Positions 37,955 through 45,611 of a stretch of 64,000 nucleotides of DNA are shown in pieces. This DNA is from Bacteroidota bacterium (GTDB lineage Bacteria; Bacteroidota; Ignavibacteria; UBA10030; UBA8401). The DNA is taken from positions 1,619-65,618 of the forward strand of contig JBAUMC010000020.1 in assembly GCA_049578505.1 (NCBI GenBank), written 5' to 3'. Under the pieces are notes generated by a model, which made no database searches, had not been told where the DNA came from, and was given only the letters and a program-made list of their open reading frames with translations. How positions within the stretch are numbered: the first letter of the stretch is position 1; every line of letters starts with the position of its first letter. A program made the translations under genes and the position numbers.

Positions 37955-38182
37955 GAAATTTATGGATTTAAGACTTAAAGTCAAGTGAAAACTGAAGAAA
38001 ATTGAGGGTTTTTTGAGGGGTGTGACGGAGATACGTATGCTATGGGGTGATTAGGTGATTATATACCCACCAAACAAGAGCCACAAACTCGGCCTTTGTT
38101 TGACCAGCGGGGGGATTTATGAGTAGGGAGGATTGGTTTAAGGTGATTGCAGTTATTGCAATGGTGGGAAGCTGGATTTCGC

Positions 38183-38635
38183 TTATCCGTTTAGAATACC
38201 TTTACCCCTTTGCCAAAAAGCAGAGCAAGAGCCGGTATTCGTTTTTACGACGATTTTATAGACGCATGTTAGGTCGAGAGGAGTAATGTCAATTTCATAT
38301 AAAGCGTTATCGTGAAGAACGGCTTTGAATTGTAAAAATTCTTCTGATGGGTGATACCATTTTACGTTTACGCGATTAAATAGATTTCGGAGTGATTTTT
38401 TGCGAAGATATATTTTTTCGACAATAGTGCCATCGGGGGATGTAGTGGCAATGTTCAGAAAAAGGTGAGTAGGCGGAAATGGATCAATGGCATTTATTAT
38501 TTTGGGTTTTCTGATTCTATGTTGTTTGCGTTGTTGATATATGCTGTATCCAGCCATTAGAATTGCGATGGCGGACGCCCATTCACTTAAAGAGAGTTCA
38601 AAAATCCGAAAGGCACCCTCTGGTTTTTGTAACAT
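38183..38635 (-). CDS. Hypothetical single-pass membrane protein (150 aa), island gene
   Basis: ATG start. One TM helix (WASAIAILMAGYSIY) is followed by a basic stop-transfer (QQRKQHRIRKPK) and a ~100-aa beta-rich domain. No motif recognised. Confidence 0.55.
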   Translation of the reverse strand: MLQKPEGAFRIFELSLSEWASAIAILMAGYSIYQQRKQHRIRKPKIINAIDPFPPTHLFLNIATTSPDGTIVEKIYLRKKSLRNLFNRVNVKWYHPSEEFLQFKAVLHDNALYEIDITPLDLTCVYKIVVKTNTGSCSAFWQRGKGILNG

Positions 38636-38659
38636 TACAATGGAGAGAATTTATCTTAC

Positions 38660-38791
38660 CTATGCTTTTTTGATTTCGGAGCGTTTCACGTTGACAATGC
38701 GTCTCATCGCATCATCAAAGCTCATTTCGAGCTTGAGAGGCTTTTCACGCTTGGCTATCGTTTTCGGTTTTTGTGTCTTGGGTTTTTTCAT
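38660..38791 (-). CDS. Hidden 43-aa highly basic ORF, below the track's size cut-off, overlapping the 3' end of the 173-aa gene in the +1 frame
   Basis: My translation is MKKPKTQKPKTIAKREKPLKLEMSFDDAMRRIVNVKRSEIKKA. ATG at 38791-38789 and TAG at 38662-38660. It fills the otherwise empty 109-nt gap between the two larger island genes. Confidence 0.3.
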   Translation of the reverse strand: MKKPKTQKPKTIAKREKPLKLEMSFDDAMRRIVNVKRSEIKKA

Positions 38792-39266
38792 TGGCTTCGT
38801 CTGGAAATTGTTTAATGCAAAAACCAACTAACGCAAACGTTGCGTCTATGATCTCAGAAATATACTCGTTTAGTTCGTCTAACGGGACTGGTTCTTCTAT
38901 TGGCATAGAAAACTCTCCGAGCTGTTTTCGTGGCATTTTACTTCGTATGGCTTCATCGCCATCACCCTTGAAAAGCCACACGGCATGTAAATACCCATTT
39001 CGCTTTTCGAAGATTTCTGAAATTTTTCCCCTTATTCTTTCATACGGAGAAATGGCGGCGGGATCGGTTATTCTTAATCTAATTATTACATCTAATATTT
39101 TGAGTAACAATTTCTGATCTTCGCCTGCAAATATAAAGTAGCTAGTGGCCTTATCAAATTTGCCGATAGATTGAATAAACTTAAAAATGTGCCTTTCAAG
39201 TAAGTTTGTATAGGCAGAAATTTCACCTAGTGCTATGAAATATTTTTCTTTTTGAGATTTATCCAA
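38745..39266 (-). CDS. Hypothetical helical protein (173 aa) with an RNxxxH motif; candidate HEPN-like RNase
   Basis: R89-N-G-Y-L-H94 (KISEIFEKRNGYLHAVW, codons at 39002-38985) fits the HEPN Rx4-6H signature with the typical polar residue after Arg. TTG start, preceded by AGGAAG 8 nt upstream. No in-frame ATG is available. Confidence 0.5.
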   Translation of the reverse strand: MDKSQKEKYFIALGEISAYTNLLERHIFKFIQSIGKFDKATSYFIFAGEDQKLLLKILDVIIRLRITDPAAISPYERIRGKISEIFEKRNGYLHAVWLFKGDGDEAIRSKMPRKQLGEFSMPIEEPVPLDELNEYISEIIDATFALVGFCIKQFPDEANEKTQDTKTENDSQA

Positions 39267-39466
39267 TGATTGAACTTCCTTCGGACGATCAATTAGCGTC
39301 TTTTATCCATACGAAATTAAGTGGAGTTCTGGTCAATGATTTCGATGCCGATCATTTAGAAAAAATTAAGGAATTTCTATTCTCGTTTGTTCAGAAATAC
39401 GTTCTACTTAACCAACAAGCCGTTTGTGAGTCAACCGTCCAGAGCAATGAGCAAGAAACTCCATAA
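39266..39466 (+). CDS. Questionable 66-aa acidic ORF; the only plus-strand candidate in the window
   Basis: ATG start. MIELPSDDQLASFIHTKLSGVLVNDFDADHLEKIKEFLFSFVQKYVLLNQQ looks helical and protein-like. However, its start codon shares nucleotide 39266 with the TTG start of the divergent 173-aa gene, which leaves no promoter space. Confidence 0.25.
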   Translation: MIELPSDDQLASFIHTKLSGVLVNDFDADHLEKIKEFLFSFVQKYVLLNQQAVCESTVQSNEQETP

Positions 39467-39513
39467 AACTGTCGTTACAAAATTGACGAAAAAGATTTTG
39501 TTTGTCAAGGATA

Positions 39514-40045
39514 GGCCGTGACCAGCAGGGAGACATTTTGAGAAATAATGCAAATGGATTGGCATTGTTACTTTCTTTCCGAGTTCCGTAAGGAATGCCT
39601 TCGGCAAAAGAAAGTAACCAAAGAAATCTTTCGTCCGAAGGACCCCTTTGGGGAAATCGTAACGCACGGATTCAATCCCAATCGCACATGCCGTCAATTT
39701 CGGTGCTCATAGATCAATGAACATGCTGAAATTGTGCTCTAGCACCGAAATTAAAACGCTTCGATTGAATCCTACCCACCCGCACACCCAACGATTTCGA
39801 TTTATTGTAAACGCCGGCTGAGGAAAATTCTCGGAATCGGCGGCGTTGTGCGAAGGCAAGCGATGCGTACGTTGAGAAAACGGCTCATTAAAGGACAAAC
39901 ATAGCTGAGCCGTTTTCTCCGGCTTGTGCGGGGGAAGCATCGCTAGGGTTCCGATTCCGAGAGGCTCTCTTTGCTTCTTTCTCTGGCAACAGAGAAAGAA
40001 GAAGTAGATCGATCAAGAGTCTGCCATCGAAACTGAGTCACGGCC
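39514..40045. other. Hairpin-dense non-coding region: either a structured RNA or a palindromic repeat cluster
   Basis: Closing inverted repeat GGCCGTGAC (39514-22) / GTCACGGCC (40037-45). H1 at 39567-39618 has a 12+4 bp stem capped by TTCC-GTAA-GGAA. H3 pairs 39668-77/39763-72 (10 bp) around 39696-707/39741-52 (12 bp). H4 has three coaxial stems: 39829-40/39951-62 (12 bp), 39859-66/39937-44 (8 bp) and 39874-87/39906-19 (14 bp). H5 pairs 39974-85/39990-40001 (12 bp) with a GCAA loop. Confidence 0.45.
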
Positions 40046-40047
40046 AA

Positions 40048-40650
40048 TTACAATATCTTGCGGGACTGCAATTCTGTCTGGAGCTGGGAAACACCCTTAA
40101 AAACAATCCCTTCTATACCGCATTCCTTGGCAGCAGCTATGTTCTCCTCAATATCATCAATGAAAAGAAGAGCGGATGGCTCGACCGCTAAATCACGAAT
40201 AACATATTGATACACCGCGGGGTCGGGCTTGGTAGCCCCAATTTGAAACGATAGATAACGTTTAGAGAACTTTTTGATGATGGCCGTTGTATCGAGCGAT
40301 CTTTGAAAATGTGTCGGACTTGTGTTGCTAAGAATTGCGGTCTGATATTTCGCTTGTACCGCGTTTACAATGGGAATGATCGCTGAATTCTCTTCCCGGA
40401 TGATTGCATTCCATGCATTCACCAATTGCATCCTGGTGTACTTGCCTTTAAATACTCCGTCAACTGAATCGAAAAATTGCTCCGTGCTAATTCGCCCCGT
40501 CTCGTAAGCTTTCGCCATTCGCTCAATCGCCCTCTCATCGGCATAATTTGTACGACCCCGTTCGATTCCGAGCTCTCGTGGAAACGATTCAAAGTCGATA
40601 TCGACAAGCACCCGGCCCATGTCGAAGATGACGGTGGTAATTTTATTCAC
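40048..40650 (-). CDS. HAD-superfamily hydrolase, subfamily IA (YihX-like phosphatase)
   Basis: Motif I VIFDMGRVLVDIDF resembles the E. coli YihX N-terminus. Motifs ILSNTS and LFIDDIEENI are also present. Apparent GTG start, 14 nt after the mfd stop. Confidence 0.75.
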   Translation of the reverse strand: MNKITTVIFDMGRVLVDIDFESFPRELGIERGRTNYADERAIERMAKAYETGRISTEQFFDSVDGVFKGKYTRMQLVNAWNAIIREENSAIIPIVNAVQAKYQTAILSNTSPTHFQRSLDTTAIIKKFSKRYLSFQIGATKPDPAVYQYVIRDLAVEPSALLFIDDIEENIAAAKECGIEGIVFKGVSQLQTELQSRKIL

Positions 40651-40664
40651 ATGTAATCCTGCTT

Positions 40665-43600
40665 CTATAATTGTTCCAATAGTTTTTGAGTTTCGAGGAT
40701 GCGATCAGGGCCTGCATCATTCGTGAGAGTGGTGTGGACCAATAATTGCCTTCCCTCTTGATTCAATTGAATTTTATGCGTGCGTATCTCTCCGGCTTTT
40801 GCCATAATGGACTGAAAGCTGCCGTTTTCATAAAACTCTTTTTCCGTGTCCGGGGGGAAATAGAGCCGCAGCGTGTGCTTATTCAACTCGATCTTTCGAA
40901 AGCCCGCTTTTGCCGCGAGCACACGGAGGCTTGAGAGCCTAAATAGATTCTCTACCTCTTCTACCGAAGAGCCGAATCGATCAATGAGTTCCAAGCGGAT
41001 ATCGTCCGCTGCTTTAATTGTTTCAGTTTTATACAATCGCCGGTAAATATCTAAGCGCTCGGCATCATCTTCAACATAAAATTCGGGGATGTACGCATCG
41101 ATGTCGGCTTCGATAATGGTATCTGTCCGCGTTATCGGTGTTCCCTTTTGCTCTCCCGAAAATAGCTCTGAAAATTCCTGATTTTTTAGTTCACTGACCG
41201 CCTCCTCCAGTGTTTTTGTGTACATCTCAAAACCCATTTCCATAATAAACCCGCTTTGTTCCCCCCCAAGCATATTCCCCGCCCCCCGAATTTCAAGGTC
41301 GCGCATTGCCAAGTTGAAACCCGATCCTAGCTCCGTAAATTCCTCGATCGCCTGCAACCGCCGGAGGGTTGCTTTCGGAAGGATAGAAATCGGCGGGACG
41401 AGCAAATAGGAATACGCCTGGCTGTTTGAGCGGCCCACCCGGCCCCGCAGTTGGTACAGCTCCGCAAGCCCGAACCGGTCAGCCCTGTTGATGATAATCG
41501 TGTTCACATTTGGAATATCCAACCCGGACTCGATAATTTTAGTCGCAACGAGAACGTCGCATTTCCTTTCAAGAAAATCCAACATCACCCTTTCCAGTTC
41601 ATGTCCCTTTAACTGGCCGTGAGCTACACGGAACCGTGCCTCCGGAATATATTCCTGAAGAGTCGCTGCAAATGAATCGATATTTTCCACCCGGTCATTG
41701 ACGATATAAACCTGTCCCCCCCGATGTAATTCTTTCAATACAGCTTCACGAACTATCTTTTTATCGAATTGAGCTATTTCCGTGTAGATGGGAAGCCTGT
41801 TTCGCGGGGGTGTATTGATAATGGAAAGATCGCGGGCGCCCATCAAAGAAAAATGGAGCGTTCGCGGAATCGGCGTCGCCGTAAGGGTCAGCGTATCGAC
41901 GTTCGAACGGAGCGTGCGTAGCTTTTCTTTCGCCGCTACGCCAAAACGCTGCTCTTCATCGATGACCAGTAATCCGAGGTCTTTGAAGTGGACATCTTTC
42001 GATAGTAATCGGTGCGTACCGATAACGATGTCGACCGTGCCGTTCCCAAGCCCCTCGATAATCCCCGCCTGCTCTTTCGCGCTTTTGAATCGCGAGAGCG
42101 ATGCAATGCGGACCGGGTATCTGTTCAGTCTGTCGGAAAAAGTGGTGAAATGCTGTTGAGCCAAAATCGTCGTGGGAACAAGAACGGCGGCCTGTCTATT
42201 ATTGAGGACCGCTTTAAACGCAGCTCGCACGGCGATTTCCGTCTTGCCAAACCCGACATCCCCGCAAATCAACCTATCCATTGGACTGGCGCTTTCCATA
42301 TCTTTCTTTACTTCGGCTGTCGCAGCAGCTTGATCTGGAGTGTCTTCAAACATAAACGAAGCTTCCATTTCTTTTTGCCAGTGCGTGTCGGGCGAAAATT
42401 GAACGCCTTCCTCATTTTTCCGCTTTGCATAAAGAACAATGAGGTCGCGTGCAATATCTTTGATTTTTTTCTTCGCCCTGGCTTTCAGCTTTTCCCACTC
42501 GCCCCCGCCAAGCTTGTTGAGCTTGGGCGTATGACCTTCTGCCGAAGAATATTTTTGGATGCGATTGATGTAATTCAGGTTGACAAAAAGAATTCCCTTC
42601 TCATCGTACTCGAGTCTTGCAACTTCCTGCTCTGTCCCCCGAATCGAAATTTTCTCAAGCCCTAAAAATTTTCCGATGCCATGGTCTACATGAACAACAA
42701 AATCCCCTCGGCGAAGCGCGTGAAGCTCTTTCGGCGAAATTCCTCTGAAACGACGGCGTTGTGGAGTGCCCCGGCGTTTGATCCGTCCGAAGATTTCATG
42801 CTCCGTAAAAAGAGCGATGCGAGCGGGAGGATAGAGAAATCCTGAATGGACCGTTTCCGAGATATAATTGACCGGCGGTAAGACTGAACCGAGGGTATTC
42901 GATTCGCGTTGATCATCGTCAGCGATCACTTGAGGCATCGAATCGTTATGCTGTTCGACCGCTTCTTCGATTAATTCTTTAATGCGCTCCGATTCTTCCG
43001 CCGTATCGGAGGCGACATTGATCTCGAATTTTTTCTCCGCCAGTTTTCCAGCTTGTTGGAGAAGTATTTTAATGCTGCCGTTCGTGGGCGGCTGAGGTGT
43101 CGCTTGAAAATCGATGAACGGCCCGGTCGAGGATTTGCTGATGACCGAGTGAATGAACGATGGGAGTGTTCGAAATTTTTCCTCTATCTCCTTGAACGAA
43201 TAATCGAGAGCGGCCCCTTCCGCTTCGAGCTCTTGAATTTCTCTCTCAATAAGCCCAAGATCTTCGCTAACAAGAATCGCTTGCGGCATAAAGAAGTCTA
43301 CAAAAGAGACTTTCTCAGCGCGGGCTACGGAGGGGGCTGCGCCATCCGGAGGATCTTTTCTTGAGACCATTTCCGAAATATTCGGAACAATGCTTACACT
43401 TTGCAGTTCGCGGATCGAGCGTTGGGATAGCACATCGAATTCGCGGATCGATTCAATCGTGTCACCCCAGAACTCAAGCCGCACCGGGTTATCGCCGATA
43501 AACGGGAATATATCGACGATGCCGCCGCGGACGGCAATATCCCCATACGTTTCGACAAGAGGCTTCCGCTCAAAGCCGCGCTCGGTAAGCTTTGCAATCA

Positions 43601-44090
43601 GCATTTCGAAGCCCGTTTCGGTGTTGGCGGAAAGCTCAATAGTTGCCCGTATGAATTGATCCCGCGGGGGTACGGCAAATGCCATGGAAGCTGCGTGTGC
43701 GACATAAATGCCGGGGAGCTGCGCGGATAACGCCTTCAGCGATTCAACCTGGCTGATTGTCGCCGTCATATCGAGCGGTTGGGCCCCGTGAATCGATTCA
43801 ACCGCGAACAAGTGAACGTTTGCTTCCGAAACCAACTGAGAACAATCGTCGCTCAGTTTTTCGGCCAAATCTTTTTCCGGGACAACAAGAAGGATTTGTC
43901 CTTGAAACTCCTCAAACAGGTATGCCGCGATAAATGCCCAGAGCGACCCGGAAACTCCGCGAAGATATACCGGTCCCGGCGGAGTCGGTTCCGCAACGCT
44001 TAAGCTCTGAAATTCAGCTGAAGAAAATATTTTCTTTTTTACATCGGTAAGCATAGACTGTCCATTATAAACGCAAAAACCCCTGCCCAT
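40665..44090 (-). CDS. mfd: Transcription-repair coupling factor Mfd
   Basis: 1141 aa. CarD/RID-like segment (GDFVVHVDHGIGKFLGL), helicase motifs GDVGFGKTE and DEEQRFG, and a TRG-region helicase C-terminus. An alternative ATG lies at 44054. Confidence 0.95.
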   Translation of the reverse strand: MGRGFCVYNGQSMLTDVKKKIFSSAEFQSLSVAEPTPPGPVYLRGVSGSLWAFIAAYLFEEFQGQILLVVPEKDLAEKLSDDCSQLVSEANVHLFAVESIHGAQPLDMTATISQVESLKALSAQLPGIYVAHAASMAFAVPPRDQFIRATIELSANTETGFEMLIAKLTERGFERKPLVETYGDIAVRGGIVDIFPFIGDNPVRLEFWGDTIESIREFDVLSQRSIRELQSVSIVPNISEMVSRKDPPDGAAPSVARAEKVSFVDFFMPQAILVSEDLGLIEREIQELEAEGAALDYSFKEIEEKFRTLPSFIHSVISKSSTGPFIDFQATPQPPTNGSIKILLQQAGKLAEKKFEINVASDTAEESERIKELIEEAVEQHNDSMPQVIADDDQRESNTLGSVLPPVNYISETVHSGFLYPPARIALFTEHEIFGRIKRRGTPQRRRFRGISPKELHALRRGDFVVHVDHGIGKFLGLEKISIRGTEQEVARLEYDEKGILFVNLNYINRIQKYSSAEGHTPKLNKLGGGEWEKLKARAKKKIKDIARDLIVLYAKRKNEEGVQFSPDTHWQKEMEASFMFEDTPDQAAATAEVKKDMESASPMDRLICGDVGFGKTEIAVRAAFKAVLNNRQAAVLVPTTILAQQHFTTFSDRLNRYPVRIASLSRFKSAKEQAGIIEGLGNGTVDIVIGTHRLLSKDVHFKDLGLLVIDEEQRFGVAAKEKLRTLRSNVDTLTLTATPIPRTLHFSLMGARDLSIINTPPRNRLPIYTEIAQFDKKIVREAVLKELHRGGQVYIVNDRVENIDSFAATLQEYIPEARFRVAHGQLKGHELERVMLDFLERKCDVLVATKIIESGLDIPNVNTIIINRADRFGLAELYQLRGRVGRSNSQAYSYLLVPPISILPKATLRRLQAIEEFTELGSGFNLAMRDLEIRGAGNMLGGEQSGFIMEMGFEMYTKTLEEAVSELKNQEFSELFSGEQKGTPITRTDTIIEADIDAYIPEFYVEDDAERLDIYRRLYKTETIKAADDIRLELIDRFGSSVEEVENLFRLSSLRVLAAKAGFRKIELNKHTLRLYFPPDTEKEFYENGSFQSIMAKAGEIRTHKIQLNQEGRQLLVHTTLTNDAGPDRILETQKLLEQL

Positions 44091-44171
44091 GAATCTGAAC
44101 GCAATTCATCAGCACGGTAAAAGAAGGTACAAAAAATCCTGGAGAGTTCAAAAACCGGTGGAATTCATGTA

Positions 44172-44282
44172 CTGGCTCAATTTGTCATTCCCGCGAAAGC
44201 GGGAATCCAGTATCGTGTTTTTTTTTGTATAATGGATGCCCACTTTCGTGGGCATGACATATTTTTTCTCAAATTGAGCCAG
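44172..44282. repeat. Compact family B element R2: two inverted ~45-nt half-units bounded by a 13-bp perfect terminal inverted repeat
   Basis: CTGGCTCAATTTG (44172-84) / CAAATTGAGCCAG (44270-82). Internal hairpins are ATTCCCGC-GAAA-GCGGGAAT (44187-206) and ATGCCCAC-TTTC-GTGGGCAT (44236-55). Confidence 0.75.
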
Positions 44283-44308
44283 CGCCAGAATTCAAGCAGA
44301 TGTCGAAC

Positions 44309-45577
44309 TTACGTTTTCTGCTGCTTCTTTCTCGCGGCGGGGAACAGGACGTTGTTAAGAATAAGCCTGTAACCGGGAGAATTCTTGTGAAGACTCAAAT
44401 CTGTAGGAGGTGCGCCGACAGCGTGCTGGTAATCTTCCGGATCGTGCCCGCCGTAAAATGTGAATGTCCCTCGTCCGTAGTTGCCGTGAATATATTTCAC
44501 CTCTTCGGTTCCTTCACGCTCGGCGAGGATTGTCACGCTTGGTTTTATCAAACTTTTTTTGAACGCGGTCGTCTGCCCCATGAAGCCCTTAATTACGTTC
44601 ACATGGTTTTGCGTAAGCATCGTCGGAACGGGGTCGTACTTCGCCGAGAATTCAAAGAGCGTGAAATAGTCCGTGTTGGGGTCGCGCAGCGGAACTGGAT
44701 CGCTCGGGGGAATGTCGATATCGGAATATTCGTACCTCAGGGGATTCATCTCCAACGTAAAGTTCTGAAATGCGAAGGTTTTCGAAAAATCTAGTTTCTT
44801 CTGCGCATCGCGGTCCGGAGGATCGCCGTCAAACATCACATCACAGATATCGGTGTTCTCGGCAGCCAATGCAATGTCATAGGTATCGGTCGCCGCACAC
44901 ATGGCAAACATGAAGCCACCGCCTGCAACAAAGTTTTTGATCGCTCGTGCCACTGCTTTTTTCTCTTCCGAAACCTTTTTGAAACCCAGTTCCCTTGCTT
45001 CCCGCTCGTAAAGAACTTGCTGTTCAATGTACCATGGCGCGTTACGGTGGGTAGCGTAGAATTTTCCGTACTGGCCGGTGAAATCTTCATGATGTAAATG
45101 AAGCCAGTCATATTGGGAGAGCTTTCCTTGAAGCACGTCGGCGTCCCACACTTTTTCGTAAGGAATTTCTGCATATTCGAGAGCGAGAGTCACGGCATCG
45201 TCCCATGGCTTGAAATCCGGCGGGACATACACCGCGATTTTCGGGACTTTCTCTAGCCTCACTGCATCCATATTGGTATTTTCGTCAGCTATCTCTGCAT
45301 AAATTCTCGCAGCATCGGAACCGGTGAGCGTTTCAAACGCAACGCCGCGAATACGGCATTCCGTTTCCTCGGTCGGGAGATAATCGAACATGAACGAGCC
45401 TCCCCGATAATTTAAGAGCCAATCAACTTGAATTCCGTGCTGCAGCGCCCAGAAGGCGATTCCATACGCCTTCAAGTGGTCGGTTTGTTTCAGGTCCATC
45501 GGGATCAAAAGCTTCTGTTGGGCATCGAGATGATAGCCTGCAAGCAACAATAAAAATATGACGCGGACGATTCTCAT
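44309..45577 (-). CDS. Secreted protein with a GATase1/ThuA-like central region (a family often mislabelled asparagine synthetase B)
   Basis: Signal peptide MRIVRVIFLLLLAGYHLDA. KIAVYVPPDFKPWDDAV ... DWLHLHHEDF ... GGGFMFAMCAATD. ATG at 45577 preferred over TTG at 45586. Confidence 0.5.
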   Translation of the reverse strand: MRIVRVIFLLLLAGYHLDAQQKLLIPMDLKQTDHLKAYGIAFWALQHGIQVDWLLNYRGGSFMFDYLPTEETECRIRGVAFETLTGSDAARIYAEIADENTNMDAVRLEKVPKIAVYVPPDFKPWDDAVTLALEYAEIPYEKVWDADVLQGKLSQYDWLHLHHEDFTGQYGKFYATHRNAPWYIEQQVLYEREARELGFKKVSEEKKAVARAIKNFVAGGGFMFAMCAATDTYDIALAAENTDICDVMFDGDPPDRDAQKKLDFSKTFAFQNFTLEMNPLRYEYSDIDIPPSDPVPLRDPNTDYFTLFEFSAKYDPVPTMLTQNHVNVIKGFMGQTTAFKKSLIKPSVTILAEREGTEEVKYIHGNYGRGTFTFYGGHDPEDYQHAVGAPPTDLSLHKNSPGYRLILNNVLFPAARKKQQKT

Positions 45578-45611
45578 TGTGATCAAAAAACTCCGGAAAG
45601 AAACTCTTTAT

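Noticed and set aside
39431-39940. Minus-strand ORFs 39431-39697 (88 aa) and 39707-39940 (77 aa).
   Set aside because: They are translations of the hairpin-dense region. The sequences are dominated by the palindromes and look non-proteinaceous.
39514-40045. Possibility that the structured region is a retron msr/msd, an integron attC array, a group II intron remnant or a tRNA/tmRNA-like gene.
   Set aside because: - No reverse transcriptase, integrase or IEP gene is nearby.
- The hairpin ends are GTTAC...GTAAC, not the AAC...GTT orientation of attC.
- There is no GUGYG 5' end or domain-V-like AGC hairpin.
- GGATTCAATCC lacks a proper T-arm stem, and there is no acceptor or CCA context.

It is therefore left unclassified.
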